A stretch of DNA of 64,000 bases, from NCBI GenBank assembly GCA_965224085.1, contig CBDCYI010000011.1:608001-672000 (forward strand), in the 5' to 3' direction. The notes under the pieces are model-generated. The model saw only the letters and a list, made by a program, of their open reading frames with translations, did no database searches and had not been told where the DNA came from. The position numbers were made by a program, and so were the translations under genes. Of the stretch, positions 53,215 through 64,000 are shown one piece after another (positions within the stretch are counted from its first letter, which is position 1; every line of letters begins with the position of its first letter). Source of the stretch: Candidatus Marinacidobacterales bacterium (GTDB lineage Bacteria; Acidobacteriota; Vicinamibacteria; Marinacidobacterales; SMYC01).

Positions 53215-53335
53215 GCCTGGATACCTTCCCGCCGCCACTTTGGCCTCCTTTTTCAACGCCACCGATAGAATGTTGGCACCACGTTGGCTTTTTCGTGGCG
53301 TCGGGGTTGGTTTGGCTCCGGGCTGCGAGCGCGAC

Positions 53336-54360
53336 TTACTGATACCCATGGTATCGACGACCGTCGGGCTGGTCGGCGGGCGGCTCCGGTCGTTGATAGC
53401 GGCCCGACTCCTGGTCGAACCATCGTTTGGTCAGCGCGTCGCCATAGGCTCCGAAGATCTCATCCGCATCGCCCCTGCTCCGAAGGACTTCCTGTAGCAC
53501 GCCCACGTACCCGATCGCGGCCAGTCCGACGATCTCGATAGTCCGTCGTACGCCTCGCGCATGTCGTTCGTCACGAAAGTGAACGTGTCATCGTGATAGT
53601 CGATACCGGGAATTCCAGCGAGGGATCGCAGGCTTGCCGGGGGCACGGCGTGCAGTGACGCGTAGATCGGGGTTGAGATCTTCATCACTTTCGCGGACGC
53701 CATGTTCTGAACGGCCCGTCTCGCGCCTTCGCGGAGTGCCGCCCGGGCCTCATTCACGGGGCGGGGAATCGTGTCGTCTGCGGCGGTCGCTTCCTTCACG
53801 GTCACGAACTCGATCCACGGCATCGTTTCGAGGTCGGCGGCGAGCCGGTCGTCTCCCGAGGCGAAGATCACCGGAACGCCCACACGTCCCCAGGAGAGGG
53901 CACCCAGCTCCGTTTCGGTGATGGATTGACCATTGATGAGTAGATCGACCCCGAGCGTGAACGTGTGCGATGCAAAGCCACCGCTCCCGGTCTTCGCATG
54001 CATTCCCACCACCGCCACGGCGTCGATTTCTTCCGATTCCGGGAGATCGAAATACGTGTCGTAGGGTTCGTCCCGGATGAGCTGGGTAGCCCGCTCGTCC
54101 AGGAGGTCCCGCCTAAAGTCGGGGTCCGGATTGCCGCTCCCGTGTCCGTCGGCGATGACCACCTCCGTCGCACCGCCGGCGAACAGCCCGTCCGCCACCG
54201 CATTCACGTCGGCGGCGAGCCATTCCTGCCCCGTGGGATACATCTCGGTACCGAAGTCGAACGAGCTGGGATCGCTCTGGCCCGCGAGGCCTTCCATATC
54301 GTGGATGATGAGAACCCGGATGCCGTTTTCCGAACGCGGTGTGAAGTCGGCGAGGGTCCA
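53336..54360 (-). pseudogene. M55 family D-aminopeptidase (DppA-like), frameshift near 53530
   Basis: HDMEG, ADGHG, GMHA, SHT, SGDD. Confidence 0.75.
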
Positions 54361-55634
54361 CGCCCTTATTAGTCGGCACAGAGTGTTGCGTCCCCCTTGG
54401 GCGGCGATAGTGAAACGGGCGGGATCGGGACCTGTCCCTCGTCAGAACTCGTCCACGTGTGAAATCAAGGACTTACAGACTGCCGTTGGTTACAAACATA
54501 TAACGTCGCTTCGGGCGCGTATCACGGGCGACGCGTAGAATCAAGCCCCGGTTCCTGCTTCACGGAGGATCTACGACGCGAGCAACACCATTGTCGCTGC
54601 CGATCTCCGCACTCACAGACCAACAAACTTTGTGCGGAAAACGCATGTCACTGCGTCCCATCCCCGCGAACCAGGGCTGCCGCGCCGCGCAAGATGCGGA
54701 GCAGTCGTTCTTGGGGACCCACGCTTGGCAGGCCGATTCACCCATCTCGTGCAGTTGAGCGCACCCACATCTGGGCGTTCGGGTGCTGTTTGTATGAAGC
54801 GCTCACCGGAAGAAAGCGTTCCAGGGCCAACCGGCTCAACTCCACCGAGTGACTATAGAGGCAATCGATATGGTAGAATATACGCAATTCAGCTTAAAAT
54901 TCGTCAAAGTCGGAGCCGTGATCATGGAACTCCGAGAGCTACTTCGCGAAGTAGATTCTCACGCTGTCGATATTCTAGGCGCTACGGCAGCACCTGATCC
55001 TGCTACAACCACTAATAGAGCGCTCCGAGCATCCCAAGCGATCGGACACATCACAGAATTGTGCCGCGATATCCATCTGTACGAAGAGATCCAAAAGCTG
55101 AAAATCCATGAAACGGTGGATTGATGAAAGTAGATAAGGTAAAGCATCTTCTTAGGGAGTTGGATAGCTTCTTCCTGCTCTGCGAACGAGATCGCTCCGA
55201 AGTCTTCAGCTCGATCCTGCGAGGAGATTTGGGAGAGGCTACGAGGGTCTCCATGCGTCTCGACACGGCATGCTCTCATGTTCGATCGCTTGCAAAGGAG
55301 ATCGGAGAGCTCTTGCGCGCGAATAAGGAGCGAGTCCATTGATCGAGTTTGAGTTTCCAGATGCTTTACAGCCGAACGCTCGACAAGAAACGTCGTTCGG
55401 CTCGACCGAGGCACGGCATCCAGCTGTCGCTGGGGCATGCTTCCGTCGTCACGACGGAGAGGTTGTCCCTCGTCAATATTGATCGGGGCGGGGCTTAGCC
55501 CTATGCGAAACGACGAACGAAGGAACGAGCGTTCGACGCGTGCATGCAGTCGCTATGATCGCACCCACCGGTTCAGTGCGTTGAGTTCGTCGTTGAAGGG
55601 ATCGAGCTGAGCGACACGCGGCGACGAGAGCGGC

Positions 55635-58041
55635 TTACGCCGCTTCCCGCCATTCGTATCGGTGGTGAAGTCCGCCGACTCGCGGCAGCGCGACGACCTT
55701 CGCAGTGGGTGACGGTCTTGGGATGACCGGTCTTTTGTCTGGCGTGTCTTTGTCGAGTCCCAAGTGACCACGGTCCTCGTGATAGTAGTTGATGTATAGA
55801 CGTGCGAGCCGGACGAGATGCCGCTCGCCAAAGATGACCACGTGCTGGAGGAGCTCGCGCCGACAGTTCCCGATCCACCTTTCAGCGGTGCCGTTTTGCC
55901 ATTGGCTTCGAAACGAAGTGCGAATGGGCTCGATGCCGAGCGCCCGGACGCACTCGACGACGGCTGGGCTGAAGATGGCATCCCGGTCTAAAATCAAGTA
56001 TCGAAGCGTAGTATCGTAGGGAAACGCCTCGCGCAATTGCTGCATCACCCATGCCGCCGTCGGATTGAATGTGGCGTTGAAGTGCACGATGTGGCGACGG
56101 CCATGCTCGATGACGAAGAAACCGTATAGGAGCTGGAGCGACGCCGTCGGTACGGTGAACAGATCCATCGCCGCGATGTCGTCCTTGTGGTTGCGAAGGA
56201 ACGCCATCCATCGCTTCACTTGGTCCGGCTCGGCAGGTCGCCGCGGCAGATACCGTGACACCGTCACCTCCGACACGATGAAACCGAGCTTAGGGTCTGT
56301 TACATATTAATGTTGACAATACACTGTCATTGCTTCTATCCTCTGCTAGTTGCGAGACTATACGAGGATGGCAACCAATCGAAAGGTACCAGAGTCTGAA
56401 CGTCACTGGTTGAAGGTGCTGGGAGCGTTGAACGAAGCGCAAGCGCGTGTTTTTGTGGCTCAACGGGCGCTTGAAGAAGGTCGCGGTGGGATCAATCGGC
56501 TGTAGCGACTGACGGGGATGTCGCGCCCGACCATCATGAAGGGCGTGGCGGAGCTGAAGGGGAAAGCGCCGATTGTTGATAGCGAGAGCGCCCGAGTGCG
56601 CAAGCCCGGAGGGGGGAGAAAGCGGGTCGAGGAGTTAGACCCGAGAGTCGAGCGGGAGCTGAAGAAGATCCTCTACGAAAGAACCGCCGGCGACCCGATG
56701 AAGCATCTCAAATGGACGAACAAGTCCACGAGAGCGATGGCGGAGGAGCTTGAACGCAAAGGCCACGATGTCTCACACGTGACGGTTGCTCGACGCCTAG
56801 GAGAAATGGGTTACTCGCTGCAAGCTAATGTGAAGAGATTGGAAGGGGATCAGCACCCGGATCGGGACAAACAGTTTCGTTACATCAACAAGCAAGTAAG
56901 CAAGTTCATGCGAAGCAAGGATCCGGTCGTGAGCGTCGATACCAAGAAGAAGGAATTGATAGGAGCCTTTGAAAACAGGGGTAAAACGTGGAGGAAGCAG
57001 AAGGGCGGAGGTGAGCCGGTTGTTGTACACGACTTCCCCAGTATGGCTGAAGGCAAAGCAATTCCCTATGGGACTTACGATGTGTCTCGCGACGAAGCGC
57101 TGGTCAACGTCGGCATTACTCACGAGACTGCGGAATTCGCGGTAGAAAGCATCCGGAGATGGTGGCGCATACTCGGGAAGAAGTCTTATCCGACGGCGAA
57201 ACGTCTGCTTGTTTGCGCGGACGCCGGTGGAAGCAACGGAAACCGGCTGCGAGGTTGGAAGCTCCACCTCCAAAAGCTATCGGACCAACTGAAGATTCCC
57301 ATCACCGTATGCCACTATCCGCCGGGAACCAGCAAGTGGAACAAAATCGAACATCGACTATTCTCGTTTGTCAGCATGAACTGGAAAGGTCGGCCTCTCG
57401 TGAGCTACGAGGCGGTTGTCAATCTTATTGGCAACACCAAAACCCGAACTGGATTGAAGGTAAAGGCCATGCTGGACAAGAACTCCTACGAGACAGACCA
57501 AAAGGTCAGCGATGAAGAGATGCAGGAGCTTCGACTCAAAGCTCACCCCTTCCACGGCAACTGGAATTACACTCTACATCCCCGACGTGCTTGAATTGAG
57601 GGTATGCATCTTCTTGTATTTGTAAATATTATTGTGTAACATGCTCTTAGTGAACTCGGCATGGATACGCGGCGCTCCCCAGCCGTCCTGAGCCATCGTC
57701 CGGATCAATTGACGAATCTCGGCGTCAACCCGGGGACGACCCGGATGGCGTCGCCTCGATATCTTCGCCCAGTAGCGGCGGAATCTGTCGCGATTCCACT
57801 GGGCGACCGTGTCGGCCTTCACGAGGACCAGTCGATTCGCCCAGCCCGGCCATGAATTCCGAAGAGCGACCCAGAATGCTCGGTCCTTGTCATCGAGCGC
57901 CGGCCGTGGACGCTCTTTCTTCAGCGCTGTGACTTGCTGCCGCAGAGCCAGATTCTCCAGCACAAGGTTCGCGCGGCGACGGCACATCGCTCGGATTGCA
58001 TGCGCACCAACGGAAACGAGGAAAACGACGACGCGGAGCAT
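55635..58041 (-). pseudogene. Integrase-core DDE transposase interrupted by ISAzo13
   Basis: ENLALRQQ, WGAPRIHAEFTK|LGF, MDLFTV, LDRD, NGTAER, GGLHHRY. Confidence 0.88.
56293..57646 (+). mobile_element. ISAzo13-family element; transposase 56368-57594 with an in-frame TAG at 56503
   Basis: IRs GGGTCTGTTACA / GAGCATGTTACA, TTA TSD; SVDTKKKELIG, DAGGSNG, TSKWNKIEHRLF. Confidence 0.9.
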
Positions 58042-58264
58042 AACGGCGGAGTTTGCCCTTCCCGGGCTGGGATCTCAAGTGACCAAGAGTCTTGAAGCGA
58101 CTCGAAGCCGGGGCTCGTAAGTGTTTGATTCTAGAAGCCGACGAGTTTTGATGAGGGACAGGTTGTTTCACGAGGTTTCACGCCGTTTCACGCCGTTTCG
58201 TCCTTGCGAATAGGTACATTTTACGAAACGAACCCAATCGAAAACAAGACAACGCCAAGACGCA

Positions 58265-58355
58265 CGCTTACCGGGACGGGACTCTCACCCGCTGGAGTAG
58301 TGCAGCTCGCAAACGGTAGCTCGTACTGACGCTCTTCGTCTGCTTCACGACGCAC
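58265..58355 (-). other. Probable group II intron 5' fragment
   Basis: Begins GTGCG; contains TGCACTACTCCAGCGGGTGAGAGTCCCGTCCCGGTAAG, resembling domain I from recall; no RT or domain V seen. Confidence 0.5.
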
Positions 58356-58481
58356 CATCGAGAGAATTTATCGATTCGACGGGGAAGTTACAACCGTGTC
58401 ACTGTGCGAAATAGCCTACGCGCGCCGGCAATCGCGGTCGCGTCGTTCTCTACTAAATAGGGAAGCACCTGGCAGGCTACA

Positions 58482-59744
58482 ATGGCGTGCATGACAAAGT
58501 CGCTCGATCAGGCCCAAGGGACCGGTCAGCTGCTGCGCTCGCTCTTCGAGGCTACCGCCGGCGAGACGGGCGATGATTTCTTTCGTGCGCTCGTGAAGCA
58601 GCTCGCCGTGCTGCTCGAGAGCCGGCACGCGTTCATCTCGGAGTTACTTCCGAGCGGCATGCGTGCCCGTTCGCTGGCCTATTGGGCGGACGGCCGGTAC
58701 CTCGACCCTTTTGAGTATGACCTGGCCGACAGCCCTTGCGAGACGGTGCTCGAGGGCAATATCGTGCACGTGCCGGACAACCTCCTCGTCCTGTACCCCA
58801 AAGACAAGATCCTGGCGAAGCTGGAGTTCGAGAGCTACCTCGGGATCCCGCTCCTATCGCGAGATGGGGTCGTGCTCGGTCACGTCGCAGCGACAGACGA
58901 CAAGCCGATGTTCGACAAGAGCAGGGACTACTCGACGTTCGAGGTATTTGCTTCGCGTGCGACTGCGGAGCTCGAGCGACGTCGCGCGGATGCCGCGCTC
59001 GCGAGAGTCCAGTCCAAGCTCCTCCAAACCGAGAAGTTGGCGAGCCTGGGTCAGCTCACCGCCGGTGTGGCGCACGAGATCAACACCCCCACTGGCATTA
59101 TCCAGAGCAACGCCGATCTGGCGAAGCGTCTGTTGGAGAAGCTACGCGGTTCCCTGGCAGGCATTGGGCTGAACGCTGAAGCCGAGAGGTATTTTGCTGC
59201 GCTTGTCGACGCGACCGAGGCGAGCTTCGCCGCGAGCGCCCGCATCACGGGTATCGTCTCGAACCTGAAGAAGTTCACTCGCGTAGACACCGCCCAATAT
59301 CAGGAGACCGACATTCGCGACTGTATCGAGAGCACTTTGGCGCTTCTCGAGCCTCAGTTGCGGGATGGCGTCGTGATCGACAGGAAGTACGGGGAGATCC
59401 CCAAGATTCACTCGCATCCCGCGGAGCTGAACCAGGTGTTCATGACGCTGTTGCAGAATGCCATCGAAGCCATCGACGGCGAAGGAACGATCACCATCAC
59501 GACCTCATCGGACGAAGAGCACGTTTACGCCGCCGTCGGTGATGATGGACCCGGCATTCCTCGGGAGACGTTTAACCATTTGTTCGAGATCGGTTTCTCC
59601 ACGAAGGGTGCACGCATAGGCATGCGCGTTGGTCTCTCCACCGCTCACAACATCATCAAGAACCACGACGGCGACATTTCCGTGGAGTGCGGGGAGGCCA
59701 GCGGCACGAAGTTCAAGATCGCCTTGCCGATACACCAGAACTAG
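58482..59744 (+). CDS. GAF-domain sensor histidine kinase
   Basis: ESYLGIPL GAF; EKLASLGQLTAGVAHEINTP, LNQVF, DDGPG. Confidence 0.9.
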   Translation: MACMTKSLDQAQGTGQLLRSLFEATAGETGDDFFRALVKQLAVLLESRHAFISELLPSGMRARSLAYWADGRYLDPFEYDLADSPCETVLEGNIVHVPDNLLVLYPKDKILAKLEFESYLGIPLLSRDGVVLGHVAATDDKPMFDKSRDYSTFEVFASRATAELERRRADAALARVQSKLLQTEKLASLGQLTAGVAHEINTPTGIIQSNADLAKRLLEKLRGSLAGIGLNAEAERYFAALVDATEASFAASARITGIVSNLKKFTRVDTAQYQETDIRDCIESTLALLEPQLRDGVVIDRKYGEIPKIHSHPAELNQVFMTLLQNAIEAIDGEGTITITTSSDEEHVYAAVGDDGPGIPRETFNHLFEIGFSTKGARIGMRVGLSTAHNIIKNHDGDISVECGEASGTKFKIALPIHQN

Positions 59745-59754
59745 ACTAGACTCC

Positions 59755-60459
59755 TTATTCGCCGCGATTCCTCTCCGCCGCAAGCACACGCTCGACCAAA
59801 TCCGAGTAGCGGGACCCCTTCCGGATGTCTGCCTCTTTCGGAATCGATCTCAAGAGCGAGCGTACGCGTTCGATCTGGCGTGTCGTGAAAACAGCGTTTT
59901 CAATAAGCGAGAGGCAGGCGTCAGCCATGGTTACCGTCTCTTCTTCAGTCTTGTTGGGGACGTGAAAAAGTGATTCGTAGACCTCACGGTGGCGTGCAAT
60001 CCCTTGTTGCTGTTTTCGACATTCAACGCAGCGAACGCAATCGGATTCGAGTCCAAAGCCGAGCTGCTCGTACCAATGCTTCTGTTCTTCGGCAAAAAAG
60101 ATGAACGGGCAGTGGCAATCACGACATCTTCGTTCGAGGTCGAAGTAGTGGGTTACCGGAACCGTTGTGCGCGTCTGTTTGGTGAGGTCAGCAGCAATCG
60201 CCGTGTTTGCGATCCTTCTAGTGTGATTCAAATAAGCACCTGGATCGCCGTACGGCCACTGCGTTCCGGTGACGGCTTCGAACTGAGCAGCGATCTCGTG
60301 GTGCGTTGTTGCATTCCAATGCAGGTGAACACCTGGGTCCGTCGGACTTGGATTCAATCTGGTGAAGTTGGGTCGACGACCATATCTGGGGTGGTCGGCA
60401 AACATAGCGTATTTGTCGGACTTGCGTCTCATCGGTTGGCCAACCCTGTGCGTCGTCAT
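59755..60459 (-). CDS. Zinc-ribbon (zf-trcl-like) protein
   Basis: CRDC..FIFFAEEQKHWYE..RCVECRK. Confidence 0.75.
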   Translation of the reverse strand: MTTHRVGQPMRRKSDKYAMFADHPRYGRRPNFTRLNPSPTDPGVHLHWNATTHHEIAAQFEAVTGTQWPYGDPGAYLNHTRRIANTAIAADLTKQTRTTVPVTHYFDLERRCRDCHCPFIFFAEEQKHWYEQLGFGLESDCVRCVECRKQQQGIARHREVYESLFHVPNKTEEETVTMADACLSLIENAVFTTRQIERVRSLLRSIPKEADIRKGSRYSDLVERVLAAERNRGE

Positions 60460-60678
60460 TATTGATCCGACCAGGGACGTCCGTCGAAAACTAGCGACCA
60501 AGCGCGCGCGCCTGAACGACAAGGTCGAACACGATTGGCTTCATCGGACACCGCACACGTGGTTTCTTGTCGTCCTCATCCGTATCGCGCCCTGAGTTGT
60601 TCCAGGGGGACCGTGAATCCGGTTTCAACCGGGTCAAGTGCACTCAGTGCCGAACCTCCGCTCCCGGAACCCGCGGTA

Positions 60679-61975
60679 TCAACTCGGCGGAGTCCCCGCC
60701 ATCGCCTCGACGGTGCTCACGAGATCGTCGAAGCCGACCACGCCGCCGTGCACGGGTACGATCCGGTCCACGCCCAAGTTGCGACGTTGGACGTTCTCCA
60801 GCACGTTGGCTGCGAACGGCTGGTAGTCTCTTCCCGGGCTGTACGCATCGGCTTGAACGAGCAGTCGTTGCTGGGGGAAGTAGGCCATCAGCAGCGCGTC
60901 GCCGTGCGGATTGCCTTCGATGTGGTAGAGCTCGACTGTCATCGAGTCGTCCTCGTAGGTCCTGGCGTCGTCGACGGTCTCCAGAGACAGAGGCCGCGGA
61001 CTGTTTTCCAGGGCGTCGGGCTCGATGCTGCTCGACCGTTCCGCTAGATCCCGGTAGAAGGACTCGTTGGCGGCCTGAGTAATGATGGTGAGCCCTTCCG
61101 AGATGGCGGCGCGCACTCCGCCCGAATGATCGAAGTGATGGTGGGAGTTCACGAGCTGCGTGAGCGGTTTGTCCGGCACGAGCTCGCGCGCTTTTGCAAT
61201 CACCGCCAGGGTGCGAGCCTCGTTGGGCGCCTCGATGAGCATCAGGTGATCGCTGAACTCCACCAGAACGCAGTGATGTGATTCACCGGCCAAAAACCAC
61301 ACGCCATCGGCCACTTCCTCGGCTGTGACGTTCGCAGGAGGCGGTCCGGTGATCGGCGCCGCCGAGCGCGCCGCTTCCGGCGCCGACAAGTCTCCCACGT
61401 CGGCATTCAGGCTGTAGGACGTGATGCGAAAATCTCGAGCGTGGTAATCATCGATCGTGCCGGACATGCCCGTCGGGAGCATCAGCCCCTCCACTTCCTC
61501 GTAGTCGGAGACTCTCGTGCGCATCGAGACGTCGCGCAAGTTCGGATGGTTGACCAGCGAGGTTACGGAAGTTGGAAGGTGAGTCGTGGCATCGATCGCC
61601 AGCCTGAGCTCGACGCCGTCCGCCGTGGTGATATCCACGAGGCGCTCGCCCCCTTCCGTGCGTGCATTCGCCACGGTCGCTGCTGCGTCGAAGGCGGCTC
61701 GAACCGCCGAAAGCGGGTGATGATAATGTTCCAGCCGCATGTTGCGCGCGGTCGCGTTCGGCGCCCGACTCCCGCTGCCGTCCGTCGCCACGTTGTAGGC
61801 AATGTCGCCGTCGATGCCGAACGTCTGCTGCATCGGATCTCTGCCCCGAAAATAGTTGAAGTTTGGCGTGCGGGTTTGCTCGATCCGCGTGCTGCCCGTG
61901 GCGACATCGACGGATCGCCGGTAGTTGCTGATCGTGAAGGTCTGCCCGGTCGCCTCGGGCGTCATATCCTGGCCG
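60679..61975 (-). pseudogene. MBL-fold metallo-hydrolase, N-terminus lost
   Basis: SHHHFDHSGG, ADAY, VPVHG. Confidence 0.8.
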
Positions 61976-61979
61976 ATGT

Positions 61980-62378
61980 TTTTTGTTTCAGCTGCAGGAG
62001 GGCGACATCGGCGCCCCCTTCGCTGAAGAGTAGCGAAGCAGGCCGTAGCTCACCATCCTGGGTCTTGACGACGATGGCATCGGCGCCGTCCACGACATGC
62101 GGCGCCGTGAGAATGTGGCATTCGGGAGAAACGAGGACGCCACTGCCCACTCCTTGTTGCTCCTCTCTCCCGTTGTCGGTGAGACGCTGTTGGCGAGTGA
62201 AAACGGTGACGACGGCCGGGAGAACCCGCTCATAGAGCTCGGCCGCTCTCGCCTCTCGCCCCGAAAGATAACTCGGCGCCCGTCGAATCTTGGGGGCCGC
62301 GTGATCCTGCGCGGGGCTCGCAACGTTTTGAAACATAAGGGCGGCGCTCGCCGCACACATTAAGGACACCGCCCGCAT
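61980..62378 (-). pseudogene. Trypsin-like (HtrA) serine protease N-terminal fragment
   Basis: GSGVLV..ILTAPHVV..DVALL; catalytic Ser absent. Confidence 0.7.
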
Positions 62379-62490
62379 ATTGCCACTCCTCTCGGCCCGG
62401 GTATCGGCATCTGTAGGCTAGCGCGGGCTCGGATACCGCGACGTGAAAGACACCACTTCAGGACGAAAAACGGTGCGCGGCCTTCGCTTT

Positions 62491-63207
62491 TTAGACCAAA
62501 CGGCTCAAAACCGTCAAGAACTCCGGCAGCATCCGGCCCATCAACTCGAAATAGGACGCAAGCACGGGCACTCTCTCGTTTGGTCGGTAGAAAACTCTCT
62601 CGGTAAACCCGGCGCGGCGAATGATTTTGCCAGTGCTTCCGTCGATGAAGTAAAACTCCGCCGATAGTGCATAGCCGACCCTCTCCTCGAATGCCGAGTC
62701 GCGAACGAGTCGCGGCGCACCTGCTTCGTCCTGCACGTAACGGTTCCGTAGCATGAAGCCGGAGTGAAACACTTTGGCGAAGTGCAGCTTTCCGCTGACG
62801 ATGAGCGGTGCGTGATACGTGGCGCCGAGCTTTCGCCAATAATCATCGTCGTTCAGGTGCTTGTCTCGATCCAGATCCATCCATTCTTGACGCGAGATTT
62901 CAGGTCCTGCCGACGATGCTTTTGCCTCCAGATGGTCGAGCTTCTCTTCCTTGTCCGATACGACGTGAGCCGAGCGAGCGCGAAGCTGATTCCGAAGAAT
63001 GCGCACCGTCTCCAAATCCAGGTCCAGCTCCTCATCCGTCCGAGCTACGAAGCTCGTGACCAAAACGCGTTCGAATCTCGAAGCCGCCGGCCCGGGGTCG
63101 ACGGGCGCCGCGACCGAGATCTCGTGGGAGCTCCCGCAAGAGACGAAAGCGCCCGCCTCAAGCAGGACAATGAACGCTCCGGCCAGTCTACCGTTGAATT
63201 CTCGCAT
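62491..63207 (-). CDS. Hypothetical lipoprotein
   Basis: Lipobox-like FVSC; open 238-aa ORF. Confidence 0.6.
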   Translation of the reverse strand: MREFNGRLAGAFIVLLEAGAFVSCGSSHEISVAAPVDPGPAASRFERVLVTSFVARTDEELDLDLETVRILRNQLRARSAHVVSDKEEKLDHLEAKASSAGPEISRQEWMDLDRDKHLNDDDYWRKLGATYHAPLIVSGKLHFAKVFHSGFMLRNRYVQDEAGAPRLVRDSAFEERVGYALSAEFYFIDGSTGKIIRRAGFTERVFYRPNERVPVLASYFELMGRMLPEFLTVLSRLV

Positions 63208-63239
63208 TTGTCACCTACCAGGAGTCCGGGTCTCCGCGA

Positions 63240-64000
63240 TCAGTTCATGTGCAGCGTGATAGACCGGCTCGTGATTTCCCCAGTCTCCAGATCATGAACG
63301 GTGACTTGGATCGTGTGCACTCCCTTGTCGAGCTCGCTCAAATCCGTTTCCAAGGATTCCAGGATGGTGTCCTCCGCGGGTCTCTCGACGACGCGCTTGG
63401 TGACAAGGTCTTCGTTTCCAGAATATTCTGAAAGGAACAAGCCCTGTGCTGCTGCAGCGGCGGCGGTATAGATAGGGAAAAATGCACCCGCCATTTGTGA
63501 TCCCATGTGGGCGAGATTCGACCAGACGCTAGGCTTCTTGTGGAGAGTCACCACGCGCTCCTCAATCTCGTAGCAGGCAAGGCCGTCCTCGTTGACCTCG
63601 GGGTTGTAGAGCTCGAAGTAGATGCGCGAGGGACTCGATTTTTTGATCACTCGAGTGGGCACGGGGTGCCACAGGATATTCTCATCGGGCGTTGCGAGCT
63701 TTGCATTTGGAGCGTCGCCGTCGCGCTTCGAATCTTTCTGATCCCCCATCTGGAGAAACAAATCGCTCAGCCCCAAGTCGCCCGAAGGAAGGTTGGTCGC
63801 AAGATGGCTGCCACGGGCGAGGCCGTACCGGTCGGTATCGGGCTGGTGAAGCTCGACGGCGATGCGGTACTCCGCGGGCTCCAGATCGTAGATCTTCATG
63901 CTGGCCATGAAGACCTTGGGCCCCTTGGAGCGGATGTCTCCCAGCCGGAAGCGTTGCTCGTACCGCCTTTCTACCTTTTCCCACTCGTCATCGTAGACGA
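63240..64000 (-). CDS. C-terminal part of a large protein (GWxTD-family-like), 5' end outside the window
   Basis: LGLSDL, IYFELYN, GVHTIQVTVHDL Ig-like tail. Confidence 0.5.
   Translation of the reverse strand, partial: VYDDEWEKVERRYEQRFRLGDIRSKGPKVFMASMKIYDLEPAEYRIAVELHQPDTDRYGLARGSHLATNLPSGDLGLSDLFLQMGDQKDSKRDGDAPNAKLATPDENILWHPVPTRVIKKSSPSRIYFELYNPEVNEDGLACYEIEERVVTLHKKPSVWSNLAHMGSQMAGAFFPIYTAAAAAAQGLFLSEYSGNEDLVTKRVVERPAEDTILESLETDLSELDKGVHTIQVTVHDLETGEITSRSITLHMN

Larger units (their letters stand above)
49102..53267 (+). mobile_element. IS21-family element (4166 bp) with Cys-rich and ParB-like accessory genes
   Basis: IRs TGTCGGTGG..GCCAAAGTGGCGG / TATCGGTGG..GCCAAAGTGGCGG; 7-bp TSD GAATGTT at 49095-49101 and 53268-53274. 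Confidence 0.92.
54430..58163 (-). mobile_element. IR-bounded integrase-core (rve) element with cargo and a nested ISAzo13
   Basis: IRs ACCTGTCCCTCGTCAGAACTCGTC (54430) and ACCTGTCCCTCATCAAAACTCGTC (reverse complement of 58140-58163), 22/24 identical. Confidence 0.7.

Noticed and set aside
58166-58240. Three 10-bp TTTCACG(A/C)(G/C)G repeats and TTTTACGAAACGAACCCAAT
   Set aside because: Too short, with no spacers; not CRISPR and no function can be supported
1-64000. CRISPR arrays, cas genes, rRNA, tRNA, integron attC arrays
   Set aside because: No regularly spaced repeats or recognisable RNA gene motifs were seen by manual reading

Overview
This is a GC-rich bacterial window. Its gene content (VPS10/BNR proteins, TolB-amidohydrolases, Hanks kinases with PD40 repeats, an ADOP permease, 'PRTPDGxPDLQG' proteins, PEP-CTERM) points to Acidobacteriota, probably Vicinamibacteria (inference). 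Many genes are frameshifted, truncated or fused. An almost intact glutaryl-CoA dehydrogenase / Na+-pumping glutaconyl-CoA decarboxylase cluster lies at 37.0-41.4 kb. The main finding is a 2.64-kb IS110-family element (18416-21058) that splits an amidohydrolase gene at a duplicated GG core. It carries two accessory ORFs upstream of an internal bridge-RNA-like region, whose donor loop matches both distant ends. Its target loop spells approximately GGAAT[GG]GCGACGTAT, which resembles the 'GMGEVY' codons of Ser/Thr kinases. A 17-nt scar of the same element end sits in exactly that motif of a kinase gene at 47212-47228. Also present: a TSD-bounded 4.17-kb IS21 element carrying a ParB-like gene and a similar Cys-rich gene, an IR-bounded integrase-core element with a nested ISAzo13, IS256 and IS5 remnants, and a probable group II intron 5' fragment. 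All calls come from reading the sequence; no database searches were run.
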